A stretch of DNA of 31,461 nt, taken from IMG/VR virus record IMGVR_UViG_3300045988_077615, one strand, 5' to 3'. The notes below the pieces were generated by a model. The model ran no database searches, was not told the origin of the DNA, and saw only the letters and a program-made list of their open reading frames with translations. Positions 30,108-31,461 of the stretch are shown one piece after another; positions within the stretch are counted from its first letter, which is position 1, and each line of letters opens with the position of its first letter. Made by a program: the position numbers and the translations under genes. The DNA is from a virus.

Positions 30108-30724
30108 TGAGTTTCGACCCAACAACGGTCGATAGGCCGTCTAATGACCAGGGTATTCGTGAGGTAGTTAACCGCCTAGAGGGTCTCGAGAGTCGCATAA
30201 ACGAGCTCACTGCCACTATTGGTGGGGAAGGGGCGGTCTATAACCGCTCTCTTTTCCACGTTAAGGGGCATGCTAAGTTTGATGGCACCCTCGAGATCGC
30301 CGAAGGGCTGATTGGTGACAAGGCACTCAAGTCTCAGATCAGTGTTGATGCAGGTAATTCCCGTAACCTTGATTGGTCTCCGGTGACTAGCTGGACCACA
30401 GGAGTGTCTACATTCGTTGTGGCCCCGTCATGGGCTACTAAAGCACTGGTCATAGCGGGCGGTTCCATCATGCCTAACTACGACGCTAACGCTGGCACCC
30501 CTGCGTGCTGGGGTAGGGTCGAATGTAGGGGTCAGTATAGCCCTGACTTCTTGTCTTTCTTGGGGTCATCAGCTATCCCATCGAATATCTCGTGGCCATT
30601 CTTCACTGTACCGGATGAACGAGAAGGGGGGATTGAGGTTAATTGCCAGGCTAAACTCTATAGCGGTAGTTCTAATAGAGGCGGACGCTGTTTCGTGTCC
30701 GCTGTTGTACTGTGGTTGAGGTGA
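30107..30724 (+). CDS. Tail fibre / receptor-binding candidate
   Basis: N-terminal coiled coil (VVNRLEGLESRINELTATIG) plus a beta-rich C-terminal domain. ATG at 30107 overlaps the upstream TGA. Confidence 0.45.
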   Translation: MSFDPTTVDRPSNDQGIREVVNRLEGLESRINELTATIGGEGAVYNRSLFHVKGHAKFDGTLEIAEGLIGDKALKSQISVDAGNSRNLDWSPVTSWTTGVSTFVVAPSWATKALVIAGGSIMPNYDANAGTPACWGRVECRGQYSPDFLSFLGSSAIPSNISWPFFTVPDEREGGIEVNCQAKLYSGSSNRGGRCFVSAVVLWLR

Positions 30725-30725
30725 T

Positions 30726-31163
30726 ATGTTGAGCCCTGAGACTATGGGTAGTCTGATTGGGGCTATCCTAGCTGGTATTTTAGCGGTTGGTTATAGCGGT
30801 GTAAAAGTATATAAGGCCATGTCTGGGTCGCTTAAGAAGATAAAGGACCTCACTGCTGACCTGAAAAATGATACCGAGGCGCTGGTCTACGACAAAACTG
30901 ATGCTGAAGGTAACACAGTTCAGGACAAGTTGAATATTCTACTTAAGCAGGCTGATAAGACTAATACTGACCTCGAGATTCTTTCGTCTACAACGGCGGA
31001 AATTAAGGGGGTACTAAACCGGCATGATAAAGAGATCGGCCGGTTTAACACGAATTTGAGCCAGCTCAATGAACGAGTATCGAATTCGGAGCGCATGCTG
31101 ACTTCTAGGTTAGAAGAACACGGTCAGCGCATCCTGGCCGTGGAGACAAGGAAGGAGGGTTAA
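30726..31163 (+). CDS. Membrane-anchored coiled-coil protein (possible holin/lysis accessory)
   Basis: N-terminal TM helix (LIGAILAGILAVGYSGV) followed by ~110 aa of coiled coil. Directly upstream of the endolysin. AT-richer than its neighbours. Confidence 0.4.
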   Translation: MLSPETMGSLIGAILAGILAVGYSGVKVYKAMSGSLKKIKDLTADLKNDTEALVYDKTDAEGNTVQDKLNILLKQADKTNTDLEILSSTTAEIKGVLNRHDKEIGRFNTNLSQLNERVSNSERMLTSRLEEHGQRILAVETRKEG

Positions 31164-31461
31164 ATGGGATACGTGTCTGTGGGCCCTAAATACAATGGGC
31201 AGGAAGCCTACGCTGCTGAGATTCCAGCTAAGTGGTACAAGCTATTCAAGCGCTATATGGCTAAGTATCACCCGGATATCTCGATTATCCTGATCCAGGC
31301 TAAGGGAGGTGCAGCTGCGAGTGCAGGAACACACAGCGATGGCTGGGCGTTCGACTTCCAGAACTGGCACCTGACGTCTAAGCAGAACGAGATTCTGGTA
31401 GCTGAGTCACGTAGGTTCGGAGGTGTGGCTTGGGCTAGGTATAGGAGTCAGGGTTTCGAAC
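31164..31461 (+). CDS. Endolysin, 5' portion (continues at base 56 after removing the duplicated 55 bp)
   Basis: The ATG at 31164 follows the upstream TAA. The frame is open to the window end and in frame with 1..612. Contains GTHSDGWAFD (HxxGxAxD). Confidence 0.7.
   Translation, partial: MGYVSVGPKYNGQEAYAAEIPAKWYKLFKRYMAKYHPDISIILIQAKGGAAASAGTHSDGWAFDFQNWHLTSKQNEILVAESRRFGGVAWARYRSQGFE
31407..31461. repeat. 55-bp terminal duplication (identical to 1..55)
   Basis: Exact identity with bases 1-55. Confidence 0.95.

Noticed and set aside
1-31461. Diversity-generating retroelement, retron, toxin-antitoxin or known defence system
   Set aside because: There is no reverse transcriptase. I found no template/variable repeat pair in the tail-fibre genes and no recognisable toxin or defence domains in any ORF.

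Overview
The window is a complete, circularly closed genome of a tailed phage (siphovirus-type, actinobacteriophage-like). Bases 1-55 are identical to 31407-31461, so the unique length is 31,406 bp, and the linearisation point splits the endolysin ORF.

There are two convergent arms:
- Late arm on the + strand (15321 -> 31461 -> 1693): leaderless small gene, HNH endonuclease, TerS, TerL, portal-MuF fusion, prohead protease, HK97-like capsid, connector proteins, major tail protein, G/G-T chaperones, tape measure, Dit, minor tail/fibre proteins, membrane coiled-coil protein, M15-type endolysin, GH16-like hydrolase, holin-like protein.
- Early/replication arm on the - strand (14566 -> 1759): four small early genes, a nucleotide-metabolism block, SNF2 helicase, family-A DNA polymerase, Cas4-like nuclease, Sak4-like ATPase, SSB-like protein, VRR-NUC, primase-helicase, small acidic proteins.

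The arms converge on a bidirectional terminator (1705-1740). They diverge from a GC-rich, repeat-dense non-coding island (14567-15320). I saw no integrase, repressor, tRNA, rRNA, CRISPR array or reverse transcriptase.

Main things worth a second look:
1. A ThyA-family enzyme with Asp at the uracil/cytosine specificity position, next to an extended dCMP deaminase and a thioredoxin. This is a candidate cytosine-C5 DNA modification pathway.
2. The octamer GTGTGGTC, which I count 24 times against roughly 1 expected. It is independent of reading frame and strand-biased in the late arm.
3. A family of 8 extended -10 promoters (TGTGCTARG-like). Three have a fixed 6-nt spacing to the ATG (leaderless) and three carry a conserved CA-rich leader.
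4. The GC-rich island with iterons, palindromes, a 23-bp hairpin and a (TA)n tract, a candidate ori and/or cos.
5. An array of CCWGG-centred palindromes in the late-operon leader.

All calls come from reading the sequence and the ORF track by eye. No database search was run.
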